From an uncultured Gemmatimonadales bacterium (GTDB lineage Bacteria > Gemmatimonadota > Gemmatimonadetes > Gemmatimonadales > GWC2-71-9): a stretch of 64,000 nucleotides of DNA. Every line of letters starts with the position of its first letter. The first letter of the stretch is position 1. Below, piece by piece: positions 28,537-38,324 of the stretch. Made by a program: the position numbers and the translations under genes. Below the pieces are notes generated by a model, which saw only the letters and a program-made list of their open reading frames with translations, ran no database searches and was not told the DNA's origin. Location: assembly GCA_963795085.1 (NCBI GenBank), contig CAWCFX010000004.1, positions 431,738 through 495,737 of the forward strand, in the 5' to 3' direction.

Positions 28537-30393
28537 ATGATGGTCCCACAGCTTTTCCTGGCGGCGCTGGCGCTGGTCCTGCTGCCCGTGCTCCCTCCGG
28601 CGGGCCGGGACCCGCCGACCCGCGTCGTCCCCAATGACAACCAGGCCCCCGCCGGAATCCGGCGAGGCGATACCCTCGAGATCGCGCTCGAGGTCCGGAT
28701 GGGAACCTGGTATCCGGAAGCGGACAGCGGCCCCGGTATCGAGGTGGCCGCCCTGGCCGAAGCGGGGTCGGCGCCATCCATACCGGGGCCCCTGGTACGA
28801 GTTCCGGCCGGTACGGCAATCGTGGCGACCGTCACCAACCTGCTTCCTGATTCCACCATCGCTGTCCATGGCCTGGCGACCCATCCTGTCCCGCCCGGCG
28901 ACAGCCTGGTACTCCGGCCCGGGGAGTCGCGCACGGTTCGCTTCACTGCCGGCGCCCCGGGGACCTATCTCTATCGCGCGGTACTCGGCCACTACGTCCT
29001 CGACCGCCAGCGGAGCGACGAGCGGGACCAGCTGGCCGGCGCGTTCATCGTGGATCCCCCGGGCGGATCGCCGGCCGACCGGATACTGGTGATCAACATC
29101 TGGGGCGGTCGCCAGGACTCGGTCCGGTGGCACCCGGCCGACTACCGGAACGCCCTGGCGATCAACGGGCGGTCCTGGCCGTACACCGAACGATTGGAGG
29201 CGACGACTGGCGATACCGTCCGCTGGCGGGTGATCAATGCCAGCGGACGGACCCACCCCATGCACCTGCACGGGTTCTACTTCCGGGTGCACGCCCGGGG
29301 CGATGGGGGGGCGGACACGCTCTACACGGCCGAGCAGAAACGGGAGGCCGTGACCGAGGTCATGGGTCCGCTGTCCTCCATGGCAATGAGCTTCGTTCCT
29401 GACCGGCCGGGGAACTGGCTGTTCCACTGTCACGTGGGATTCCACGTCATCCCGGAATCCCGGCTGGACCACGCCCGGGGAGCGTCCCATGCGGGTCATT
29501 CGGCGGACGCCGGGGAGCACATGTCCGGCCTCATCAGCGGGCTCGTGGTTCGGCCGGGAGCCGGCTGGACGGAATCGGCCAGGCCTGACGGGCGCCGGAT
29601 GCGGCTCTTCGTGCAGGAGGGACGACGGCGGCACCGGGCGCCCCGGACCTTGTCCTACGTGCTGGAGGAGGGCGGCCGCCCGCCCGCCGCCGACTCGGTC
29701 GTCGTGCCCGGCTCTTCCCTGGTGCTCACCCGGGGCCAGGCGACGGATATCGTGGTCGTCAACCGGATGAGGGAGCCGACGGCCGTCCACTGGCACGGTA
29801 TCGAACTGGAGAGTTTTTCCGACGGCGTGGCCGGTTGGAGCGGCACCGACGGCACGCTGGCGCCCGTCATCGCGCCCGGTGACTCGTTCGTCGCCCGGCT
29901 GACGCTGCCCCGGGCCGGCACTTTCATTTATCACACCCACCACAATGACCTGGAGCAACTCACGTCCGGCCTCTACGGCGCGATCCTCGTTCTGGAGCCG
30001 GGAACGCCATTCGATGCCCGCCGCGACCATCCTTTCGTGGTGGGCTGGGATGGCAACTTTCTTCCCGCCAGGCAGGTCGTCAATGGCGACTCGCTGCCGG
30101 CTCCGCTTCACCTGGTGCCTGGGGTGTCGCACCGGTTCCGGCTGGTCAACATCGGCGCGGCCCAGCCTGCCGTGTTTGTGCTGAGCCGGGACGGAGAACT
30201 GGTCCAGTGGCGCCGGGTCGCCAAGGACGGGGCGGATCTGCCCGCTCACCAGGCGCGGATGGCACCGGCGCGGCAACTGGTGCAGGTGGGCGAGACCTAC
30301 GACATACTGTTTGATCCGATGCCGGGGGAATACCAGTTGCAGGTGAGTTTCCAGGGCCGGCCTTTCTACACGCGCCGGATCGTGGTCCCCTGA
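28537..30393 (+). CDS. Multicopper oxidase domain protein, paralog 2
   Basis: Colinear with 25088-26932; HPMHLHG, HCHVGFH, HWHG and YHTH. Confidence 0.9.
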   Translation: MMVPQLFLAALALVLLPVLPPAGRDPPTRVVPNDNQAPAGIRRGDTLEIALEVRMGTWYPEADSGPGIEVAALAEAGSAPSIPGPLVRVPAGTAIVATVTNLLPDSTIAVHGLATHPVPPGDSLVLRPGESRTVRFTAGAPGTYLYRAVLGHYVLDRQRSDERDQLAGAFIVDPPGGSPADRILVINIWGGRQDSVRWHPADYRNALAINGRSWPYTERLEATTGDTVRWRVINASGRTHPMHLHGFYFRVHARGDGGADTLYTAEQKREAVTEVMGPLSSMAMSFVPDRPGNWLFHCHVGFHVIPESRLDHARGASHAGHSADAGEHMSGLISGLVVRPGAGWTESARPDGRRMRLFVQEGRRRHRAPRTLSYVLEEGGRPPAADSVVVPGSSLVLTRGQATDIVVVNRMREPTAVHWHGIELESFSDGVAGWSGTDGTLAPVIAPGDSFVARLTLPRAGTFIYHTHHNDLEQLTSGLYGAILVLEPGTPFDARRDHPFVVGWDGNFLPARQVVNGDSLPAPLHLVPGVSHRFRLVNIGAAQPAVFVLSRDGELVQWRRVAKDGADLPAHQARMAPARQLVQVGETYDILFDPMPGEYQLQVSFQGRPFYTRRIVVP

Positions 30394-30511
30394 TCGCACA
30401 CTTGCCTCACCTCCCCCGAACGGGGATCTTTGAGGCCACCCTCTACATGGCCAAGCTGCTGACTAATACATACGTACCGGTCCAGGGCAGACCCCCGCTG
30501 CCGGGTCAATC

Positions 30512-33133
30512 TTGAGCCTGCCCGCCGGCCTCGTGACCGCCCTGGCCGACCGCTACCGCCTCGAGCGGGAGCTGGGGCAGGGCGGCATGGCCACCGTATA
30601 CCTCGCCGAGGACCTTCGGCACGACCGCAAGGTCGCGGTCAAGGTGCTGCGGCCGGACATTTCCGCCATCCTGGGCGGCGAGCGGTTCCTCGCCGAGATC
30701 AAGACCACGGCCAACCTGCAGCACCCGCACATCCTTCCGCTCCACGACTCGGGCGAGGCGGCGGGCATGGTGTACTACGTCATGCCCTATGTCCAGGGGG
30801 AAAGCCTGCGGGACCGTCTCGTCCGGGACCACCAGCTGCCGGTGGACGAGGCGGTCCGGATCGGCCGGGAGATCGCCGACGCGCTGCAGTACGCCCACGA
30901 GCACGGCATTGTCCACCGGGACATCAAGCCGGAGAACATCCTGCTCCACGGCGGCCACGCGATGGTGGCCGATTTCGGGATTGCGCTGGCCGCCAGCCGG
31001 AGCGACGGCGCGAGCCGGATGACCGAGACCGGCATGTCGCTGGGCACGCCCCACTACATGGCGCCCGAGCAGGCCATGGGTGAGCGCGAGATCACGCCGC
31101 GCTGCGACGTGTATGCCCTGGGCTGCGTGGTCTACGAGATGCTGGCCGGCGAGCCGCCTTTCACCGGGCCCACCGCGCAGGCGATCATCGCCCGGGTGAT
31201 GACCGAAGAGCCGCGGAGCCTGGCGATCCAGCGGCGGTCGGTGCCGGAGTACGTCGAGGCCGCGGTCAATCATGCGCTGGAGAAGCTGCCCGCCGACCGG
31301 TTTCCCACCGCCCGGGCCTTCGGCGAGGCGCTGGCCGGCCCGGTCACTGCCGCCGCAGGCTGGTCCCGCTCCTCCACCGCTGCCCGCCGGGTCGATCGGT
31401 CGTCTCCCTTGCGCCGGGGTCTTCCTTATCTATTAACCGCGCTGGGACTGCTGGCGGGTGTCCTGATCGGCAGTCGGCTGGGGGAGAAGGCGGCGCCGCC
31501 CCGACCGCTCCGGCTGGTGGTGCCCATCCCCGCCGAGACTCCGCCGGTGGCCATCCGGCTCTCGCCGGATGGAAGCACCCTCGCGTACATCAGCGGCCAG
31601 GGCGGGCGGCTGGCGATTTACGTCCGCCGGCTGGACGAGCTGGCGGCTCGCCGCCTCGAGGGAACCGAGGACGCGTTCACCCTCAGCTTCTCCCCCGACG
31701 GGGAATACATCGCCTTCATGGTGGGAACCACCGCCCGGCGAGTACCCGTGCGCGGCGGAGCGGCGGTGGGGATCCCGGTGCAGACCGCGGCGGGGACCGT
31801 CACCGCCGCCCTGGAGTACGCCGGTCCCGACCGGTTCGTCATGAGCACGCAGGACGGCCTGGTCAGGGTGGGGCCGAACGGCGAGCTGGAGCTGTTCGCC
31901 CGGCAGGATTCCGCGGCCGGCGAGTCCGCCCTCTCCCTCAACCAGGTCCTGCCCGATGGGTGGGTGCTGGGGCGGAGCTGGACTGAGCCGCCCTACGGAC
32001 CAATCCTCGCCTTCGATCCGGCCTCCGGAAAGCGGATCGTGATCGCCCCGGTCGTCGCGTCGTGGGCCGGATATGCCGACGGAGTCCTCGCCTGGACCCT
32101 GGCCGACGGGGCGCTCTATGCGGCGCCGTTCGATCTCGAGAACAAGCGGCTCGCCGGCCCTGCCCGCCCGGTCGGAGCCACGGTGCTCTCCGTACTCGGG
32201 TTCGTCCCACCGGTAACGATCGCGCCCGGCGGCCTGGCCTACGTTCCGACCCGCCCGCGATCCCTGGTGAAGATCTCCCGGGGTGGAGAGGTGACCCCCC
32301 TGCTCGAATCCGACCGGACCTACCACGACCCCCGGGTGTCCCCTGACGGGCGGCGAATCGCGCTGGACCTGACCGACCAGGAGCGCGATATCTGGCTCCT
32401 CGACATCGCCGATGCCACGCTGACCCGGTTCGGCTTCGATTCCGTGGCGCACGATGCCGAGTGGATGCCCGATGGACGGGGCCTCCTGTTCGCGGCCATC
32501 CGGGGCGGGAAGATCGGGGTCTTTCGGCGGCGGTTCGATTCGGGCGGCGCGGCGGACTCGGTCTTCGTCGGCCCCCAGCAGGTGACCATCCATACCTTGA
32601 CTGCCGACGGCCGCACCGGCATCGGCGTCTCGCTCGATGCCGGGAGTTTCGACATCGTGTCCATGGATCTCGCCGGGAACGACCCGACCCCTCGGCCCAT
32701 CCTCCAGTCCCGGTACTCCGAGGGCTGGCCCGCGCTCTCGCCGGACGGCCGGTGGCTGGCGTACCAGTCGGACGAGTCGGGACGGCAGGAGGTGTATATC
32801 CGGTCCTGGCCGGGCCTGGGGAACAAGGTCCAGGTGTCCCAGGGGGGCAGCGAGCCGGCCTGGTCGCCCGATGGGCGGGAACTGTTCTACCGGTCGGTGG
32901 GTGAGGGCCAGGAGTGGCTGGTCGCCGCCACGCTGGAGTGGGGCGACGTGCCGCGGGTCCGCTCCCGGGCCCGGCTCTTCGGCGTCGATAACATCGAGTT
33001 CGCCACCCCCCACCGGAATTACGACGTTTTTCCCGACGGCCGCTCCTTCGTGATGGTGCGCCAGGGGCAGCCGGACCAGCGGGCGGAGGTGGTGTACCTG
33101 CAAAATCTCCACCAGCTCGCCGGCACGCGATGA
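30512..33133 (+). CDS. Array kinase K1: Ser/Thr kinase-TM-PD40/TolB-like beta-propeller
   Basis: GQGGMATVY, HRDIKPEN, DFG, GTPHYMAPE, a TM segment and repeated SPDG motifs. TTG start. Confidence 0.93.
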   Translation: MSLPAGLVTALADRYRLERELGQGGMATVYLAEDLRHDRKVAVKVLRPDISAILGGERFLAEIKTTANLQHPHILPLHDSGEAAGMVYYVMPYVQGESLRDRLVRDHQLPVDEAVRIGREIADALQYAHEHGIVHRDIKPENILLHGGHAMVADFGIALAASRSDGASRMTETGMSLGTPHYMAPEQAMGEREITPRCDVYALGCVVYEMLAGEPPFTGPTAQAIIARVMTEEPRSLAIQRRSVPEYVEAAVNHALEKLPADRFPTARAFGEALAGPVTAAAGWSRSSTAARRVDRSSPLRRGLPYLLTALGLLAGVLIGSRLGEKAAPPRPLRLVVPIPAETPPVAIRLSPDGSTLAYISGQGGRLAIYVRRLDELAARRLEGTEDAFTLSFSPDGEYIAFMVGTTARRVPVRGGAAVGIPVQTAAGTVTAALEYAGPDRFVMSTQDGLVRVGPNGELELFARQDSAAGESALSLNQVLPDGWVLGRSWTEPPYGPILAFDPASGKRIVIAPVVASWAGYADGVLAWTLADGALYAAPFDLENKRLAGPARPVGATVLSVLGFVPPVTIAPGGLAYVPTRPRSLVKISRGGEVTPLLESDRTYHDPRVSPDGRRIALDLTDQERDIWLLDIADATLTRFGFDSVAHDAEWMPDGRGLLFAAIRGGKIGVFRRRFDSGGAADSVFVGPQQVTIHTLTADGRTGIGVSLDAGSFDIVSMDLAGNDPTPRPILQSRYSEGWPALSPDGRWLAYQSDESGRQEVYIRSWPGLGNKVQVSQGGSEPAWSPDGRELFYRSVGEGQEWLVAATLEWGDVPRVRSRARLFGVDNIEFATPHRNYDVFPDGRSFVMVRQGQPDQRAEVVYLQNLHQLAGTR

Positions 33134-33179
33134 CGTCCCGCCGCGGCACCGATAAGCTCCCCTCTCGACCGCGACTGGC

Positions 33180-33404
33180 ATGACGGTGGACGGGTCGCTC
33201 GCCGCCGCCTTGGCCGACCGCTACCGCATCGAGCGGGCCGCGACTCACGTCGCTGCTCGGCACGCCATCGCTTCGCGATTCCGCCTGTTCGAGAATCCTT
33301 CGGGCGGGAATTTCCGAAATAGATGGACTCACCAAGTGAAGTCGCTCCGCGACGTTGTGCCGAGCAGCGACGTAAATCGTGATTGCGGCGAGGTGGATGA
33401 ATGA
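33180..33404 (+). pseudogene. Kinase 5' stub A read through palindromic element copy 1 (74 aa ORF)
   Basis: MTVDGSLAAALADRYRIER followed by element-derived sequence. The stop overlaps the K2 start. Confidence 0.75.
33238..33382. mobile_element. Palindromic REPIN/MITE-like element, copy 1 (diverged)
   Basis: Arms CCGCGACTCACGTCGCTGCTCGGCAC and GTGCCGAGCAGCGACGTAAATCGTGA. Flanked by a perfect 27-bp direct repeat at 33211-33237 and 33432-33458. Mobility is inferred. Confidence 0.7.
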
Positions 33405-35719
33405 CCACCGCGGAGCGCCTTGCCCAGGCCCTGGCCGACCGCTACCGCATCGAGCGGGAGCTGGGCGCCGGCGGCATGGCTACCGTGTACCTGGCCCACG
33501 ACCTCCGCCACGACCGAAAGGTCGCCATCAAGGTCCTCCGGCCCGAGCTGGCCGCCGTGATCGGGGCGGAGCGGTTTCTCGCCGAGATCAGGGTGACGGC
33601 CAACCTGCAGCATCCCAACCTGCTGCCGCTCTTCGACTCGGGCGCGGCCGGGAGCTTTCTCTATTATGTAATGCCCTTTGTCGAGGGCGAAACGCTGCGC
33701 CACCGGCTGGAGCGGGAGCGGCAGCTCCCGGTGGAGGAAGTCGTTCGCATCGTGACGCTGCTGTCGGGGGCGCTGGACTATGCCCACGCGCACGGAGTCA
33801 TCCACCGTGACTTGAAACCGGAGAACATCCTGCTCCAGGCCGGCCAGCCGGTGATCGCCGATTTCGGCATCGCGCTGGCCGTGGCCCAGGCCGGCGGCGC
33901 TCGGGTCACCGAGACCGGTCTCTCCCTCGGCACCCCGCACTACATGAGCCCGGAACAGGCGGCGGGGGAACGGGAGATCACGGCGCACTCGGACCAGTAC
34001 TCATTGGCGGCGGTGACGTACGAGCTGCTGAGCGGCGAGCCCCCGCACACCGGGCCCACGGCGCAGGTTATCGTGGCCCGCCTGATGACGGAGCGACCGC
34101 GCCGTCTCCGGGCGACCCGCTCGGCGGTGCCGCCGAGCGTTGATGCCGCGGTCGCTCGGGCGCTGAACAAGACGCCGGCGGATCGCTTCCCGTCCTGCGG
34201 CGCCTTTGCCCAGGCCATGGTGGCCCGGGCAACCCGGCGCCGGGTGGCCGGGTTCCTGGCTGCCGCCGCGCTCGCCGGGCTGGCGCTGACCGCTGCAGCC
34301 CTGTTTCTCCGGGGCCGTGAGCCGGCGGCGAGCGGCGGCGCGACACAATCGCTCGCCGTCCTTCCGTTGACCAACCTGAGCGGCGACCCGGCGGACGATT
34401 ACTTCGGGATCGGCCTCGCGGAAGAGATGACCCGTGCCATCGCCCAGACTGGTGTCCGGGTGATCGGGCGGGTCAGTGCAGGGGCGCTGCAGGCCCGGGG
34501 TCTCGACGAGCGCGCAATCGCGGAGGAACTGGGGGTCACCTCCCTCCTCACCGGTACGGTCCAGCGCTCCTCCGGCCAGGTGCGGATCAGCGTCACCCTG
34601 GTGTCGGCCAGTGATGGCGCTGTCCGCTGGAGCGAGCGGTACGACCGGCCCGTGGCCAACGTGTTCGCCGTGCAGGACGAGATCGCCGGCACCGTGGCCT
34701 CAACCCTGCTCGGCTCACTGAACCGCCGGGCCACCCCGGCTCGCCAGGCGGAGACGACCGACCCCGAGGCCCACGCCCTTTTCCTCCAGGGGCAGGTGCT
34801 CTTCAACCGGCGGGGCGCGGCCAACCTGCGCCAGGCGATCGTCCTCTTCGAGCGCGCCGCGGCGCGCGATCCAGGCTATGCCCGGGCCCAGGCGTCGCTG
34901 GCGATGGCGCAAGCCGTCCTCCCGGCCTACGTGGTGGACAGCACCCCGGAGATTCTCGCCAGCGCGGTCGCGGCGGCCGAGCGGGCCATCGCCATGGACT
35001 CGACCATCCCCGAGTCGTATACCGCGCTGGGCTACGGGTATTCGCTGCTGGGACAATTGCGCCGGGCCGAGCTCAACTTCCGTCGTTCGCTGGCGCTCGA
35101 TTCAACCGTATCCACGACTTGGGGATGGTATTCGCTGCTCTCCAGCCGGCTGGGCGAGTTCCGGGAGGCCCAGGCCCAGGTGGCGCGGGGGCGCGAGCTG
35201 GAGCCGGCCTCCATGATCGCCCGGATCTGGGAAGCCCAGATCCTCCATGCCGAGGGCCGGTTTGCCGAGGCCGATTCGCTGGCCAGCGCCACCATGGCCA
35301 TGGACTCGACGTTCCTGCTGGCCTGGACCTGGCGGGCCAACGCCCTGATGGCCATGGGGCAGACGGCGCTCGCCGTGTCGCTGCTGGAGCGCCAGGTGGC
35401 GAAGCTGCCGCCCGTGGGTCGGCCCGAGCAGGCGCATGGCCAGCTCGCCTATGCCTACGCCATCGCCGGCAGAATCCCCGAGGCGCGCGCGATGCTCCGG
35501 ACGATCCGGGCGAGAAACGGCGGCGACCTTCCCGCCTTCGGTGCCGTGGCCGCGACGCTGGAAGAGCTGGGCGACCACGAGGAGGCCGTGGAGGTCCTGG
35601 GCCGGGCGATCAGCCGGAGCGACACCTGGACCGTCCAGTTCCCCCGGGTGGCGCAATATGCCCGGCTGCGGCGGGACCCGCGCGCGGCGGCCATGCTCGA
35701 CCGACTGGCGGTGCGGTAA
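33401..35719 (+). CDS. Array kinase K2: Ser/Thr kinase-TM-TolB-N-like domain-TPR
   Basis: Kinase motifs (HRDLKPEN), SLAVLPLTNLSGDPADDYFGIGLAEE, and TPR-like helices. Confidence 0.93.
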   Translation: MTTAERLAQALADRYRIERELGAGGMATVYLAHDLRHDRKVAIKVLRPELAAVIGAERFLAEIRVTANLQHPNLLPLFDSGAAGSFLYYVMPFVEGETLRHRLERERQLPVEEVVRIVTLLSGALDYAHAHGVIHRDLKPENILLQAGQPVIADFGIALAVAQAGGARVTETGLSLGTPHYMSPEQAAGEREITAHSDQYSLAAVTYELLSGEPPHTGPTAQVIVARLMTERPRRLRATRSAVPPSVDAAVARALNKTPADRFPSCGAFAQAMVARATRRRVAGFLAAAALAGLALTAAALFLRGREPAASGGATQSLAVLPLTNLSGDPADDYFGIGLAEEMTRAIAQTGVRVIGRVSAGALQARGLDERAIAEELGVTSLLTGTVQRSSGQVRISVTLVSASDGAVRWSERYDRPVANVFAVQDEIAGTVASTLLGSLNRRATPARQAETTDPEAHALFLQGQVLFNRRGAANLRQAIVLFERAAARDPGYARAQASLAMAQAVLPAYVVDSTPEILASAVAAAERAIAMDSTIPESYTALGYGYSLLGQLRRAELNFRRSLALDSTVSTTWGWYSLLSSRLGEFREAQAQVARGRELEPASMIARIWEAQILHAEGRFAEADSLASATMAMDSTFLLAWTWRANALMAMGQTALAVSLLERQVAKLPPVGRPEQAHGQLAYAYAIAGRIPEARAMLRTIRARNGGDLPAFGAVAATLEELGDHEEAVEVLGRAISRSDTWTVQFPRVAQYARLRRDPRAAAMLDRLAVR

Positions 35720-35720
35720 G

Positions 35721-38324
35721 ATGAGCGATCCGATGTCCCGCCTCGCGACCGGCCTGGCCGACCGTTACCGCGTCGAGCGGGAGTTGGGGCAGGGCGGCAT
35801 GGCCACCGTGTATCTCGCTGAAGATCTGAAGCACCGTCGCAACGTCGCGATCAAGGTGCTGCATCCCGATCTGGGCGCGGCACTCGGCGCGGAGCGCTTT
35901 CTCTCGGAGATCAGCACCACGGCTCGCCTGCAGCACCCGCACATCCTCCCACTGCTCGATAGCGGCGAGGCCGACGGCCTTCTCTACTATGTGATGCCGC
36001 TCGTCACCGGGGAGACCTTGCGCTCGCGGCTCGAGCGGGAACGGCAGCTGCCGGTCCAGGATGCAGTTCGCATCGCCCGCGAGGTGGCCGATGCCCTCGG
36101 CTGCGCTCACGCCCAGGGCGTCATCCATCGCGATATCAAGCCGGAGAACATCCTGCTCCAGGGGGGCCACGCGCTGGTCGCGGATTTCGGAATTGCCCTC
36201 GCCGTTCAGGAGGCGGGCGGGCAGCGACTGACGCAGACGGGACTCTCGCTCGGCACGCCGCAGTACATGTCACCCGAACAGGCGATGGGCGAGAAGCAGG
36301 TTGACCGGCGCAGTGATATCTACGCGCTCGGCGCTGTGACGTACGAGATGCTCATCGGGGAAGCGCCGTTCACCGGACCAACGGTGCAGTCTATTGTGGC
36401 CCGGATCATGACCGAAGAACCCCGTCACCTGGGAGTACAGAGAAAGGCAGTGCCTGGGCCGGTCGAGCATGCGGTGCTGCGCGCTCTCGAGAAGCTGCCC
36501 GCCGACCGGTGGGCGAGCGCGGAAGCCTTTGCCGCGGCACTCGAGGAGCAGCCTGGCCCGGCGCCGCGCGCGTCCGCTCCCCGGGCCATTGCGCCGGCAC
36601 CACGGGTCCGCCTGGTGATCGGGGTGGCCATCCTCGCGCTCGGTCTGCTTGCCGCCGCATGGTACGTAAGCCGGGCACCGGGCAACCCATCGGCTAAGCC
36701 CCGCATCGTGGTGTTACCGGCCGTGAATCTGGCCGGCGCGGAGCAGGCCTACCTCGCCGATGGTATCGCGGAGGAGATCAACAACCGGCTGGTGGGATTG
36801 ACCGGGGTCGAAGTCATTGGCCGCACCAGTGCCGAGCGATACCGGGGCACTCAGCTCACGCCGCGCCAGATCGGCGCCGAGCTCGACGCCAACTTCATCC
36901 TGGCGCTGCGCATCGGCATGGAGGGCCCGGCGGACGGCCAACGCATCAGGGTGAGTGCCGAGCTCCTCAATGCGGCAAACGAGACCCAGGTATGGGGGAA
37001 GACGTACCAGGCTCGGGCCACCGCGGACAACTTCGCGATGCAGGGTGAGATCGCCACCCAGGTGGCGGAGGAAATGGGTGTGACCCTGATCTCCGGAGAC
37101 AGCGCCCGAGTCGCGGAGCGTCCCACCGAGAACCAGGAAGCCTATGACGACTACCTCAGGGCCACTGGAATTCTCCGCGAGAAGAGCTCGATCACCCAGT
37201 TCTTCGATGCCGCCCGGTACCTGCAGCGCGCGGTGGACCGGGATCCCGGGTTCGCCCAGGCGTGGGCGGCCCTGGGATACGCGCACGCTGAGATCTACTG
37301 GTTCTGGGGCGACCACTCGGCGGCTCGCCAGGAGTTGGCCCGGGCTGCCGGCGAGCGTGCTCGCGCGCTGGCGCCGAATGCCGCCGAAACCCACTTCGCC
37401 CTCGGCGTGATCGCCTACCATGGACACCTCGATTTTCCCCGTGCCCTCGAGCATCTCAACGCCGCGATCGCCGCCAAGCCGGGCCAGGCCCGCTTCCTGG
37501 AGTTCGTCGCCTACGTCCAGCGGCGTTCAGGCGACCTGGAAGCGGCGCTGGCAAACGCCCGGCGGGCGCTCGCGCTTGATCCCCGGAACGTACGGATCCT
37601 GGGTGACGCCATGGGCCAGACGCTGGTGTACCTGGGACACTCAGCCGAAGCGCTGAGGTCTGCCGCCCGGGCGACCGATCTCGATCCCGAGGACTGGCAA
37701 CCGCACCATACCCTGATGCTGGCACACACGCAGATGGGAGATCTCGCCGGGGCAGAGGCCGCCGCCCGGGCCACCATGGTACGGCCGGGAGTGCAGGGCT
37801 TCCTGGTGGACCGGCCGAGGGACCTGGCCTGGGTCATAGGACGCCTTCCGCTGGAAGAGCAAGTCACCCTCGCGCACACCTATCCTCCTCTCAGTCCCGA
37901 GATATCTGACACGGCGATGTATTTCCTGGTACACGCGGAGATCCTGAGCAGCGCGGGACTCGACGGCCGAGTGAAATATGAACGTGCAGCCGAGCATATC
38001 GAGCGGCTCATTGCCAGCCAGCCGAATGAAGGTTGGTACTACGACCGCCTGGGCACGGCCTACCGGGGACTGGGGCGAGTGGATGAGGCCATTCGCGCGG
38101 GACGCCGGGCGGTCGAGCTGCTGGCACCGCTCGACCGATTTGAAGGACCCGAGGTCTCCCTCAACCTCGCCCAGAGTTACCTGGCTGCCGGGGACCAGGG
38201 GCAGGCCGCTGCACTGGCGCGGGCGTTCATCCGGTCTTTGCCGGGCAACCGGCTCCTTCTCAAGCACGATCCTCAATACGCCGCCTTACGCGATCTGCCC
38301 CAGGTGAGGGAGCTGCTGCGATGA
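35721..38324 (+). CDS. Array kinase K3: Ser/Thr kinase-TM-TolB-N-like domain-TPR
   Basis: ATG one nt after the K2 stop (MSDPMSRLATGLADRY), IVVLPAVNL...YLADGIAEEI, and TPRs. Confidence 0.93.
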   Translation: MSDPMSRLATGLADRYRVERELGQGGMATVYLAEDLKHRRNVAIKVLHPDLGAALGAERFLSEISTTARLQHPHILPLLDSGEADGLLYYVMPLVTGETLRSRLERERQLPVQDAVRIAREVADALGCAHAQGVIHRDIKPENILLQGGHALVADFGIALAVQEAGGQRLTQTGLSLGTPQYMSPEQAMGEKQVDRRSDIYALGAVTYEMLIGEAPFTGPTVQSIVARIMTEEPRHLGVQRKAVPGPVEHAVLRALEKLPADRWASAEAFAAALEEQPGPAPRASAPRAIAPAPRVRLVIGVAILALGLLAAAWYVSRAPGNPSAKPRIVVLPAVNLAGAEQAYLADGIAEEINNRLVGLTGVEVIGRTSAERYRGTQLTPRQIGAELDANFILALRIGMEGPADGQRIRVSAELLNAANETQVWGKTYQARATADNFAMQGEIATQVAEEMGVTLISGDSARVAERPTENQEAYDDYLRATGILREKSSITQFFDAARYLQRAVDRDPGFAQAWAALGYAHAEIYWFWGDHSAARQELARAAGERARALAPNAAETHFALGVIAYHGHLDFPRALEHLNAAIAAKPGQARFLEFVAYVQRRSGDLEAALANARRALALDPRNVRILGDAMGQTLVYLGHSAEALRSAARATDLDPEDWQPHHTLMLAHTQMGDLAGAEAAARATMVRPGVQGFLVDRPRDLAWVIGRLPLEEQVTLAHTYPPLSPEISDTAMYFLVHAEILSSAGLDGRVKYERAAEHIERLIASQPNEGWYYDRLGTAYRGLGRVDEAIRAGRRAVELLAPLDRFEGPEVSLNLAQSYLAAGDQGQAAALARAFIRSLPGNRLLLKHDPQYAALRDLPQVRELLR

